Assembly: GCA_947475165.1 (NCBI GenBank)
Contig: CANJLD010000014.1
Coordinates: 18,519 to 82,518, forward strand
DNA: 64,000 nucleotides
Reading direction: 5' to 3'
Source: Bacteroidota bacterium
Lineage (GTDB): Bacteria > Bacteroidota > Bacteroidia > Chitinophagales > LD1
Numbering within the stretch: position 1 is the stretch's first letter; the number at the start of each line of letters is the position of its first letter. The translations under genes were made by a program, and so were the position numbers. Under the pieces are notes generated by a model. That model was not told the DNA's origin. It saw only the letters and a program-made list of their open reading frames with translations, and did no database searches. Below, one piece after another: positions 1-9,063 of the stretch.

Positions 1-607
1 CAATTTTAAAGAGCTGATGGCGTTTGTAAAAGAGAACGGTTATTCGCGTTATCCGGTTTACAAGGAAAATCCTGATAACGTAGTTGGTGTGCTGAACATA
101 AAAGATTTGATAGAGCATTCAAATCAGGATGAAAGTTTCGGGTGGCAGAGTATGGTACGCGAACCGTTCTTTGTACCGGAAACAAAAAAGATTGACGACC
201 TGTTGCGCGAAATTCAGCAGAACAGAAAACACTTAGCCGTAGTTGTAGATGAATACGGTGGCACCTGCGGCATTATTACTTTAGAAGATATTGTGGAAGA
301 GGTTGTAGGTGATATTACCGATGAGTTTGATGAAGCTACCGAAACCGGTTTCAAAAAAATTGACGACAGGAATTTTTTATTCGATGGAAAGACTCCATTA
401 ACTGATGCCTGCCGTTTAATGGAAGTAGACGTTGCTACATTTGAAGAAACAAAAGGAGAATCAGAATCACTTGCTGGTTTGATGTTGGAGATTGCGGGAC
501 GTATTCCCAAGAATGGAGAAGAGCTGAAAATGAAGAACTATAAATTCACCATCATATCGGTGTTGAATAACCGGATTGAAAAAGTGAAAATCACGAATGA
601 AGTTTAA
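1..607 (+). CDS. gldE: Gliding motility-associated protein GldE (CBS pair + CorC/HlyC domain), 5' end outside window
   Basis: YSRYPVY, HLAVVVDEYGGTCGIITLEDIVEEVVGDITDEFD and CorC-type C-terminus; directly upstream of gldD. The listed ATG at 17 is probably internal. Confidence 0.85.
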   Translation, partial: NFKELMAFVKENGYSRYPVYKENPDNVVGVLNIKDLIEHSNQDESFGWQSMVREPFFVPETKKIDDLLREIQQNRKHLAVVVDEYGGTCGIITLEDIVEEVVGDITDEFDEATETGFKKIDDRNFLFDGKTPLTDACRLMEVDVATFEETKGESESLAGLMLEIAGRIPKNGEELKMKNYKFTIISVLNNRIEKVKITNEV

Positions 608-1235
608 TATCAAAGTTCAAAGTTCAAAGTTCAAAGTTCAAAAAATGCATTTCCATTCTTTGATTTTTATTCTTTGTTCTTTGCTCTTAAGTTCTTGTCA
701 TGGTGATTACTCTCCCAAGCAAAAGGCATATCCGCGCGTAATTTATCCTGAACGGAAATACGAAATGTATGACCCTGCTGAATGTCCTTTTAAATTTGAG
801 AAACCGGTTTACGCTCAAGTGTCGCGCGATACAACTTACTTCGGAAATAAATTAAGAAGCGACCAGTGCTGGCTGAACGTTTATTTCCCTTCGCTTAACG
901 GAGTAGTAAATCTTACTTACAAAGACATTAACGACACCATGAACTTAGAGCGATTGGTGGAAGACGCGCACAAGATGGCCTTTAAGCATACCAAAAAAGC
1001 AAACTACATTGACGAGATAAAAATTGATAACGCACATGGCGTTGGCGGAATACTTTACGATTTAGGCGGAGATGCGGCAAGTAATGTTCAGTTTTTTTTA
1101 ACTGATAGCAACCGTCATTTTATTCGCGGGGCACTTTATTTCTATAGCCCGCCAAATGCCGACAGCATGGCACCGGTACTTGATTATGTAAAAGCCGATG
1201 TAAAACAAATGCTCAAGACATTTGAATGGAAGTAA
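597..1235 (+). CDS. gldD: Gliding motility lipoprotein GldD (start 597 or 645)
   Basis: Lipobox LLSSC, YSPKQKAYPR, GGDAASNVQFFLTDS, HFIRGALYF, PNADSMAPV motifs; follows gldE. Confidence 0.9.
   Translation: MKFNIKVQSSKFKVQKMHFHSLIFILCSLLLSSCHGDYSPKQKAYPRVIYPERKYEMYDPAECPFKFEKPVYAQVSRDTTYFGNKLRSDQCWLNVYFPSLNGVVNLTYKDINDTMNLERLVEDAHKMAFKHTKKANYIDEIKIDNAHGVGGILYDLGGDAASNVQFFLTDSNRHFIRGALYFYSPPNADSMAPVLDYVKADVKQMLKTFEWK
611..690. repeat. Heptamer array (CAAAGTT)x4 followed by a near-complementary TTCTTTG-type array
   Basis: Four perfect CAAAGTT copies at 611-638; ttctttg/attttta/ttctttg/ttctttg/ctcttaa at 656-690. Confidence 0.8.
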
Positions 1236-2680
1236 AATCTGACAAAATCAAATTCGTAAAAATTCTCAGCTACATCCTTGCTGTTGTTGCACTTTTAATA
1301 GTTTCATTCTTTGCCTTCTTATATCGCATTGATGCTAACCCATTATTTATTTGGGACGAAGCCAGAGTTGCCGTGAGCGCATTAGAAATGAGTCAAAGTC
1401 ACAACTATTTTATTCCTACCTACGAAGGAGCACCTGATATGTGGAGCGTAAAGCCTCCATTGATGATTATACTTCAGTCAGTTTCAATGAAATTATTTGG
1501 CTACAGCGAACTTGGTGCAAGAATGCCAACTGTATTGGCAGCATTCGCAACCATTTATTTCTTGTTTTGGTTTGCCGTCAAAATTTTGAAAAATTTTATT
1601 GCTGCATTTTGTGCAGTGCTGTTTCTATGTACCTCAACTGGATATGTTTGCGCACACGTGGCAAGGGCAGGAGATTACGATACTTTGTTGATATTCTTCC
1701 TTACTGCATATTTCATTTTCGCAATAACCTATTTGTTTACTAAGAAATATAGGTTCTATATATTATTCAACGTTTTCTTGCTGTTCGCTTTGCTTACAAA
1801 GGGCATTGCAGGAATATTTTTTCTACCGGGAATATTTTTACTCTTTGTGAGCGAGAAGAATTTTTTCAAAGAATATTTTAATGTCAGAACTTTACTACCA
1901 CCTCTAATCGTCTTTACGTGTTTCGTTTCGTATTACTTAATCCGCGAGGTATATAATCCGGGATACATCCATACGGTAGTGTTTGAAGAAATGCAGGGTC
2001 GTATGTTCGATTCACGTTTTGATACAAATAGTAAGTGGTATTCTTTTTTCGAAAGCATGACAGTATCTGACTTTAATCCCTGGTGCATTTTTGTGCCATT
2101 ATCTATTTTGGTTTATGGCATTTCAACACAAATCGAAAAACGATTGATAGTAGGAATCTGGCTTACACTGATTGTTTTTTGGATACCACTCACAATTTCT
2201 ATCAATAAAAACTCCTGGTATATAGCTCCCTCTTTTCCTCTTCTATCCTTGCTTTCAGCATTTACCTTTTCAAAAATTTGCTTACTGGTTACCCGAGAAA
2301 TAAAAAGTAAATCTATCTCTATTGCTATTGTATCTGTCATTATAATACTGATAAGTATTTTCCCTGTAATGAAAATTATTGATAATTCATATGAACTGAA
2401 TGAACGTTTTGGTTTTGCTGAATTGGTAAAGTCAAAGCGTATTCAATCCGGCACAAAAATTATTTCGGAAGGATATAACTCGCCTATTGTATTTTACCAA
2501 AAGGCATTGAAGTTAAGAGGAGTTAATGTGAAAGTGACTTCGATGCACAATATAAAAGAAGGAGATACGGTAATTGCTATTTCAGCCAATGAGGTAAACG
2601 AAGTAAAACAGCATTTTCAATGCGATGTATTGTATGCTTGTAAAGAAACTGAAATGCTTTTCTTAAAACCCAAAGCCTAA
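1226..2680 (+). CDS. ArnT/PMT-family (GT-C fold) membrane glycosyltransferase
   Basis: WDEAR, KPPL, ARMP, LLTKG motifs; many TM segments. Confidence 0.8.
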   Translation: MEVKSDKIKFVKILSYILAVVALLIVSFFAFLYRIDANPLFIWDEARVAVSALEMSQSHNYFIPTYEGAPDMWSVKPPLMIILQSVSMKLFGYSELGARMPTVLAAFATIYFLFWFAVKILKNFIAAFCAVLFLCTSTGYVCAHVARAGDYDTLLIFFLTAYFIFAITYLFTKKYRFYILFNVFLLFALLTKGIAGIFFLPGIFLLFVSEKNFFKEYFNVRTLLPPLIVFTCFVSYYLIREVYNPGYIHTVVFEEMQGRMFDSRFDTNSKWYSFFESMTVSDFNPWCIFVPLSILVYGISTQIEKRLIVGIWLTLIVFWIPLTISINKNSWYIAPSFPLLSLLSAFTFSKICLLVTREIKSKSISIAIVSVIIILISIFPVMKIIDNSYELNERFGFAELVKSKRIQSGTKIISEGYNSPIVFYQKALKLRGVNVKVTSMHNIKEGDTVIAISANEVNEVKQHFQCDVLYACKETEMLFLKPKA

Positions 2681-2687
2681 TCTTGAA

Positions 2688-3809
2688 TTACTGCTCCTCA
2701 ATAAAAAGCGAAGCAGCAATCGAATCAGCAAACAGTTTTCCCTCGTCAGTCAATTTGATAATTTCATTTTCGAGTCTGTAATGAGAGGAATCAATTTCTT
2801 TCAACCTCTTCTGTATTAATTCCGCATTCAACACTCCGCATTCAGCAATTCTCAACCCCCATTGCGTGCGCAACGAAGTCATAATTTTTTCATTCACTTT
2901 TTGCGCTTCGGTTAACACCTCTTCTTCAAAAAGAATTTTGCCTTCCTTTATGGTGTTGATGTAGTTCATATTATTTGAAACATTCCATCTTCTTGAAGAG
3001 CCATTAAATGAATGGGCAGAAGGACCAAGACCTAAATACTTTTTACCGAACCAATAATTAGAATTGTGAACTGCATATTTCCTATCTCGCGCAAAGTTCG
3101 AAATCTCATATTGCTCAAACCCATGGGCGCGCATTTCATTCATCAGCATTTTCAATTGTCTTGCGGATTGTTCTTCATCAACGGGTTTGGATTCGCCTTT
3201 TGTAATTCGCTTTTCTAAAGATGTTTTTGATTCCACTGTTAAAGCATAAGAAGAAATATGCGGAACGTTTAATGAGAAAGCAATGTCCAAATTCTGCTTC
3301 CATTTATCATCGTTCATGGTTGGAGTGCCGTAAATCAAATCTATGGTGATGTTTTCGAAACCGGAATCCTGCACACGCTTGATAGAGGATAGCGCTTCAT
3401 CGGAATTATGCGCACGGTTCATGTATTTTAAATCTTCATCAAAAAAAGATTGTATGCCGATAGAAAAACGATTTACACGAAGCGTTCCTATTTCCTTAAT
3501 GACTTCCGCATCTTTCAAATCATCAGGATTGGTTTCGATGGTAAATTCTTTGAGTTCATTCAAATCATAAACTGATTGAAGCTTGTCTGTTATCAATCTT
3601 AAATCTTCAATGCTCAATTGCGAAGGCGTTCCTCCTCCCAAATAGATGGTTTCAATTTTTTCACCTACCAAATAATCTTTACTCAAATCAATTTCTGTCA
3701 GCAATGCCTTAATGAAATTATCTTTATTGCCCAGCGAAGTGCTGAAATAAAAATTGCAATAATGGCAAGCCTGCTTACAAAAAGGGATATGAATATAGAT
3801 GCCGGCCAT
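2688..3809 (-). CDS. hemW: Radical SAM heme chaperone HemW (HemN-like)
   Basis: MAGIYIHIPFCKQACHYCNF (CxxxCxxC), GGGTPS, HNSNYW, YLGLGPSAHS; start trimmed to ATG 3809. Confidence 0.9.
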   Translation of the reverse strand: MAGIYIHIPFCKQACHYCNFYFSTSLGNKDNFIKALLTEIDLSKDYLVGEKIETIYLGGGTPSQLSIEDLRLITDKLQSVYDLNELKEFTIETNPDDLKDAEVIKEIGTLRVNRFSIGIQSFFDEDLKYMNRAHNSDEALSSIKRVQDSGFENITIDLIYGTPTMNDDKWKQNLDIAFSLNVPHISSYALTVESKTSLEKRITKGESKPVDEEQSARQLKMLMNEMRAHGFEQYEISNFARDRKYAVHNSNYWFGKKYLGLGPSAHSFNGSSRRWNVSNNMNYINTIKEGKILFEEEVLTEAQKVNEKIMTSLRTQWGLRIAECGVLNAELIQKRLKEIDSSHYRLENEIIKLTDEGKLFADSIAASLFIEEQ

Positions 3810-3880
3810 TTGAATTTTCGAAGTAAGAACTACAAAGTGAAATACAAAATGCACTTTCACGTTATCTTCGTTCAATACTA

Positions 3881-5653
3881 ATGCGATTTACGGCAACCAT
3901 CTTTTTTTTGTTCCTGCTGAAACTTTCTTTCAGTCAGAATAATTATTCGCTACAGGTAGTCAGCTCCGATAAGCCGAAAGAATTCTTCACCAAGAAGTTT
4001 TCTTACAAAACCTATTTTAAAGATTCACTGCAGGCGAATATTGAAGTGAAAGATTTATTCGGCAAGATTTGTTCGTTTGGTTACCTCGCTTCCTCTATCG
4101 ATAGTATAATAAGCGACTCCACAAAAACTGTCATATATATATATGTAGGCGATAAGTTTGAAAACATTGTTTTGAAAAACGGGAACGTTGACCAAACGCT
4201 GCTTGCAAATGCCGGAGTTAAAAATGCAGTGTTAAGTGGAAAGAAAATTCCGATTGGCGATGCGGAAGTAGTAAAAGCAAAAATTATTCAGCAATGTGAA
4301 AACACGGGTTATCCTTTTGCAAGTGTCAGGCTCGATAGTTTTACTGCGTTTCAAAATTCGTATTCAGCAAAAATTTATTTGCAGAAGAATGAGCTGATAA
4401 CGTACGATTCGATTCAGATACTCGGCAAAACAAAAACGAAAAAGGTTTTTCTGCGCAACTATCTCGGTTTGAAAGTCGGCAAGCCTTATAATGAATCGAA
4501 TATCAAAAAAATTCAACAGCGTATAACTGAATTGCAGTTTGTTGAATCTATTCAACCGCGTACCGTGTTATTTCAAAACGGAAAAGCAAAAGTTAATCTG
4601 TATTTAAAAGATAAGAAGTCAAGCCAGTTTGATTTTTTGTTGGGATTGCTTCCCGGTGCTTCAGGAAAAAAACTTTTAATAACAGGCGAGGCGCGCATAC
4701 ATCTTTTCAGCTTGTTCGGAATGGGCGAAGAGTTTTATCTGGAATGGAAAAAACTTCAGCCTAAAACACAACAACTGGACGTGCGATTGGTTTATCCTTA
4801 TCTGGTTGGTTTGCCGCTTGGCATCAATGCGCAATTTCAACTTTACAAACGCGATACTTCTTATGTAGATATAGATGGCGATTACGGAGTGCAGTATCAG
4901 TTTGTCGGAAGTAACTATCTGAAAGCATCGTTGCGACAAAAAATTTCCATCATCACAAATGTTGATACGGCATATATCCGGCAAACGCGTTCGCTCCCCA
5001 AAAACTTAGACATCAGCACTAACGAATTTGCGCTGGAATATTTTTTACAAAAACTGAATTACCGATTCAATCCCGTAGATGGTTATGTTTTAAAAGTAAG
5101 CGGCTCTGCCGGTGTCAAAAAAATTAAACGCAACAATAACATCGCTGGCTTGTATGATGAGGTGCGACACGAAAGTTTTGATTATTTGTACGACACAGCG
5201 CATTTAAAAACATTTCAGTTTCGGATAGCCTTAGCTTTCGACAAGTATTGGAAACTGGCACCACGACACACCATCAAAACTTCTTTCGAAGGAAAATATT
5301 TTTTCAGCCGCAACATTTTCGAAAACGAAAAATACAGATTAGGCGGAGTGAACAATTTGCGGGGCTTCGATGACCAATCTATTTTTACTCCGTATTATGC
5401 TATGGCAAATCTTGAATACCGTTTTCTGCTTTCTAAGAATTCATACTTTAGCACTTTCTTCAATGCAGCAGTAGTGGAAGATGCAAGAGCTGGAAAAGGT
5501 CCGATTGATTTTCCTTTTGGATTCGGAGCCGGAGCGGCTATTGAAACAAAGGTGGGCATCTTCGGAATTACCTATGCAATGGGAACCCAGTTAGACAATA
5601 TAATAACTTTCAAATCAGCGAAGATTCATATAGGCTACGTCAATTATTTTTAG
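3881..5653 (+). CDS. BamA/TamA (Omp85)-family outer membrane protein
   Basis: Signal peptide, POTRA-like GYPFA region, RLGGVNNLRGFD motif, C-terminal Phe. Confidence 0.8.
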   Translation: MRFTATIFFLFLLKLSFSQNNYSLQVVSSDKPKEFFTKKFSYKTYFKDSLQANIEVKDLFGKICSFGYLASSIDSIISDSTKTVIYIYVGDKFENIVLKNGNVDQTLLANAGVKNAVLSGKKIPIGDAEVVKAKIIQQCENTGYPFASVRLDSFTAFQNSYSAKIYLQKNELITYDSIQILGKTKTKKVFLRNYLGLKVGKPYNESNIKKIQQRITELQFVESIQPRTVLFQNGKAKVNLYLKDKKSSQFDFLLGLLPGASGKKLLITGEARIHLFSLFGMGEEFYLEWKKLQPKTQQLDVRLVYPYLVGLPLGINAQFQLYKRDTSYVDIDGDYGVQYQFVGSNYLKASLRQKISIITNVDTAYIRQTRSLPKNLDISTNEFALEYFLQKLNYRFNPVDGYVLKVSGSAGVKKIKRNNNIAGLYDEVRHESFDYLYDTAHLKTFQFRIALAFDKYWKLAPRHTIKTSFEGKYFFSRNIFENEKYRLGGVNNLRGFDDQSIFTPYYAMANLEYRFLLSKNSYFSTFFNAAVVEDARAGKGPIDFPFGFGAGAAIETKVGIFGITYAMGTQLDNIITFKSAKIHIGYVNYF

Positions 5654-6534
5654 TGTTCAAGAAATTTCTCTTCCCTCTTTTTTTATTTCTCTTCCTAATC
5701 ATCAGCGGATTTTCGCAAACAGATTCTGTTTATTTAAAGCACGAAGCCGATTCAATTTTAGCAGAAAAATATTCTTCGGTTGATTCAATTATCAATCACA
5801 CGTATGCTGACTACTCGAATCATAAATCGTTTTTAGCAGAAGAAAACAAACCTGTGCTGAATGATATTCAGCAATTCAATTCGGCTCAACGCAACGGATT
5901 CATCTTTGTAATGCTGATGCTGTTATTAGCTGCGCTTACCTATGTAAAAACAGCATTCAGTAAATACTTAGAAGAGATGTTGCAATCGGTGTTCAATCAA
6001 AATTTATCGCAGCAAATTTTCAGAACGCAATCCGGTGAAATTTCTTTCGCAGATATTTTATTGAATGCAAATTTTGTAGTGACTATAAGTTTGTATGTGC
6101 GATTTTTTTTGATGAAGCACGTTCATGTTTTATCGCTTGAAAGTTTTTCTTCTGTACTTTTTTTAATCTTTTTATTCACATTTTTTTACCTCGGAAAAAT
6201 TATCGTTGTGCAATTCATTGGAAAAATTTTTGAACTGCAACCGGTGTACGATGAATACATTTTCAATTTCACTACACTATGCAAAACATTAGGATTGACG
6301 CTACTTCCAGCGTTATTTATATTTTATGTGGCACCGGTAAAGTTTTTCAATTTTATTTTCCTGATTACAATTTTATTTTTTGTTGCGTTCGCATTAATTT
6401 TTGTTTGGCGAGCGTTATCCACAGCATACAAATTGCTGTACAGAAGTGTATATCACTTTTTTATTTACGTTTGCGTTGTAGAGATATCGTTGATGTTTCT
6501 ATTTATCAAATTGTTAACCAAAACAATTATCTAA
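5653..6534 (+). CDS. DUF4271-family membrane protein
   Basis: Multi-TM protein ending YHFFIYVCVVEI; directly upstream of hemD as is usual in Bacteroidota. Confidence 0.7.
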   Translation: MFKKFLFPLFLFLFLIISGFSQTDSVYLKHEADSILAEKYSSVDSIINHTYADYSNHKSFLAEENKPVLNDIQQFNSAQRNGFIFVMLMLLLAALTYVKTAFSKYLEEMLQSVFNQNLSQQIFRTQSGEISFADILLNANFVVTISLYVRFFLMKHVHVLSLESFSSVLFLIFLFTFFYLGKIIVVQFIGKIFELQPVYDEYIFNFTTLCKTLGLTLLPALFIFYVAPVKFFNFIFLITILFFVAFALIFVWRALSTAYKLLYRSVYHFFIYVCVVEISLMFLFIKLLTKTII

Positions 6535-6537
6535 ACC

Positions 6538-6618
6538 ATGGCAACAAAAAAGAAAGCTGCTAAGAAAGCGGCTAAGCCTGCTAAGAAAGCGGCTAAGAAA
6601 GCAGCAAAAAAAAAGTAA
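6538..6618 (+). CDS. 26-aa Lys/Ala-rich histone H1-like peptide MATKKKAAKKAAKPAKKAAKKAAKKK; probably the true N-terminus of hemD via a -1 shift
   Basis: Read directly: ATG 6538, 3 nt after the DUF4271 stop; ends GCA AAA AAA AAG TAA; too short for the ORF track. Confidence 0.65.
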   Translation: MATKKKAAKKAAKPAKKAAKKAAKKK

Positions 6619-7610
6619 TTAAAAAAATTGCTGCAAAAAAAACTGCTGCCGAAAAACCCGCTCGCAAAACGAAACGTGTAATAGTAAGCAGCAAAACATC
6701 CAACAGTAGTAGCACTCTGAAAAAAAAGGCTGATGTGATATCACCTGATAAGAGTGCTACTTCTTTTTTAGCCAAGTCTGAAAAGTCTGCCAAACCGCAA
6801 ATCATCATACCTCAACGCCTTGAGAAGAATTACGCGGAACTCCTTTCTAAAGAGCCTAAAACAAAAATCAAACATATACTGATTGCGCAACCGCAACCGG
6901 AAGGACCTAAGTCGCCTTACTTTGATTTAGCCGAAAAGCATAAACTAAAAATAACGTTCTCGCCTTTTGTAAAAGTAGAAGGTGTTGCCGGAAAAGATTT
7001 CAGAAAGCAACGCATTTCGCTGAACGATTACAGCGGAATTATTTTTACCAGCCGCAATGCTATTGATCACTTCTTTCGTATTTGCGATGAGTTGCGTGTG
7101 AAGATGAGTCAGGAAACAAAATTCTTTTGCACCAGCGAAGCCATTGCGCTTTACTTACAGAAATACACTCAGTATAGAAAGCGAAAGGTTTTTTATGGTG
7201 ACATGAACAACAACAAAGAATTGCGCACGCTATTGATTAAGCATCGCGATGCTACGCGCTTCTTATACATCTGTGCTGAAGTTCGTAAGGATGAAATTCC
7301 TGCGTTTATGTTGGCGAACAATTTCAATTATGCCGAAGGCACTATGTATCGCACTGTGCCAAACGATTTAAAAACAGTGAAGCCATCGGAATATGATATG
7401 CTGATATTTTTTAGCCCGAGTGGTATTCATTCATTGTTCAACAGCTTCCCAAAATTTAAACAGGAGAAATTGAAAATTGGTGCGTATGGAAAAACGACTG
7501 CCGATGCCGTGCTTGATAAAGGATTGAGACTTCATATTATGGCTCCACTTGGAACAACCCCTACTATTTTAGTTGCCCTTGACCAATACCTGAAAGACAT
7601 TAATAAGTAA
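6615..7610 (+). CDS. hemD: Uroporphyrinogen-III synthase HemD-like with basic N-terminal extension (frame open from 6615; listed GTG start 6735)
   Basis: KIKHILIAQPQPEGPKSPYFDLAEK, IIFTSRNAIDHFF, MLIFFSPSGI match the Bacteroidota HemD family. Confidence 0.8.
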   Translation, partial: VIKKIAAKKTAAEKPARKTKRVIVSSKTSNSSSTLKKKADVISPDKSATSFLAKSEKSAKPQIIIPQRLEKNYAELLSKEPKTKIKHILIAQPQPEGPKSPYFDLAEKHKLKITFSPFVKVEGVAGKDFRKQRISLNDYSGIIFTSRNAIDHFFRICDELRVKMSQETKFFCTSEAIALYLQKYTQYRKRKVFYGDMNNNKELRTLLIKHRDATRFLYICAEVRKDEIPAFMLANNFNYAEGTMYRTVPNDLKTVKPSEYDMLIFFSPSGIHSLFNSFPKFKQEKLKIGAYGKTTADAVLDKGLRLHIMAPLGTTPTILVALDQYLKDINK

Positions 7611-7621
7611 ATTCAGATATA

Positions 7622-7670
7622 GCATAAAACAGAAACGTCCCGAAATAATCGGGACGTTTCTGTTTTATGC
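7622..7670. terminator. Bidirectional intrinsic terminator between convergent hemD and GS-like gene
   Basis: Perfect 22-bp stem gcataaaacagaaacgtcccga / tcgggacgtttctgttttatgc with 5-nt loop. Confidence 0.85.
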
Positions 7671-7680
7671 ATTTTGTGGT

Positions 7681-9039
7681 TTAAATAATTTCCAGATACC
7701 TCTTCAATTCCCAATCGGTTACCACCTTTGCAAATTGTTTCCATTCCCATTCGCGGGTTTGCGTAAAGTGTTGCACGAATTTTTCTCCGAATAATTCATT
7801 TGAAATTTTTGAATCGCGCATGGCAACTGTTGCATCGTGCAAATTTTTTGGGAAGCGTCCGTTGCTCTCATCGCGATAGCCATTGCCGAGCGTTGCCGGT
7901 TGTTTCAGTTTCAGGTTTTTCTTTATTCCGTATAAGCCCGCAGCTAAACAAGCAGCCATTGCCAGATAAGGATTTGTATCACTTCCAACAACACGCGTTT
8001 CTAAGCGCGATGATTTACTGCCACCGGGTAATGCGCGCAACGCAACTGTTCTGTTATCTACACTCCAGGTTACAGTGGTTGGTGCCCACGCACCTTCTAC
8101 TAATCGCTTGTAAGAATTTATGGTTGGCGCAACCATCGGCAAAATATGTGGTAGACAATAAAGCTGACCGGCTAAATAACTCTTGAAGAGTTCGCTCATT
8201 TTGTTTTTGTCTTTCTCATCATGAAAAAGATTTTTCGTTGCTTTCTTATCCCACAAACTTTGGTGAACGTGTCCGCTGCAACCGGGTAAGTTTTCGTTGA
8301 ACTTTGCCATGAACGTAGCGATGATGCCATGCTTGTACGCAATTTCTTTTGCAGCAGTTTTAAAAAGCACTCCACGGTCGGCTGCTTCAAGCGGAGCGGA
8401 ATATGTAATAGCTGCTTCGTAAACACCTGGACCGGTTTCGGTATGCAAACCTTCTAACGGCACATTAAAATTTTTCATACCATCAAATAGCGCATTAAAA
8501 AAATCGTTGCGGTAAGTGCTGCGTAAAATAGAATAGCCAAACATGCCCGGAGTAAGCGGTTGCAGTTGGCTGAAATTTTTATCGTGTAACGTTTGTGGTG
8601 TTTCTGCAAAGTTGAACCATTCAAACTCCTGCGACATAAATGGTGCAAACCCTGCTTTGTCTGCTTCGCCAATTACTTTCTTTAAAACCTGACGCGGACA
8701 TACAGCAAGCGGTTGATTTTTATCATCTACAAATTCGCCAAGGAAAAAAGGAACATCGTTCTCCCACGGAATTTTTCGGAACGTGCTTAAGTCAATAGTT
8801 GCTTTTGCATCAGGATAGCCGGTATGCCATCCAGTGTATTGTGCATTATCATACGCTAAGTCGTTCGCATCCCAACCAAATACTACATCGCAGAAACCGA
8901 AATTAGAATCGGCCACCGAAAGAAATTTTTCGGCACTCATGTATTTGCCGCGAAGTATTCCATCAATATCTGTAACCGCAACTTTTACTTTTTTCGAAGG
9001 ATGATTTTTTACGTAGTCTAGAATTTGTTTGGTAGTCAT
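7681..9039 (-). CDS. Glutamine synthetase-like gamma-glutamyl ligase (PuuA/GlnA4-like)
   Basis: DIDGILRGK, EFEWF, HTETGPGVYE, GCSGHVHQSLW, NSYKRL, DNRT, RLETRVVGSDTNPYL. Confidence 0.85.
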   Translation of the reverse strand: MTTKQILDYVKNHPSKKVKVAVTDIDGILRGKYMSAEKFLSVADSNFGFCDVVFGWDANDLAYDNAQYTGWHTGYPDAKATIDLSTFRKIPWENDVPFFLGEFVDDKNQPLAVCPRQVLKKVIGEADKAGFAPFMSQEFEWFNFAETPQTLHDKNFSQLQPLTPGMFGYSILRSTYRNDFFNALFDGMKNFNVPLEGLHTETGPGVYEAAITYSAPLEAADRGVLFKTAAKEIAYKHGIIATFMAKFNENLPGCSGHVHQSLWDKKATKNLFHDEKDKNKMSELFKSYLAGQLYCLPHILPMVAPTINSYKRLVEGAWAPTTVTWSVDNRTVALRALPGGSKSSRLETRVVGSDTNPYLAMAACLAAGLYGIKKNLKLKQPATLGNGYRDESNGRFPKNLHDATVAMRDSKISNELFGEKFVQHFTQTREWEWKQFAKVVTDWELKRYLEII

Positions 9040-9063
9040 GTTACAAGAGATTTAGAAATAGAA

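Noticed and set aside
4133-4144. (AT)6 microsatellite in the Omp85-family gene as a phase-variation switch
   Set aside because: Short, in frame (encodes IYIY) and expected by chance in AT-rich DNA.
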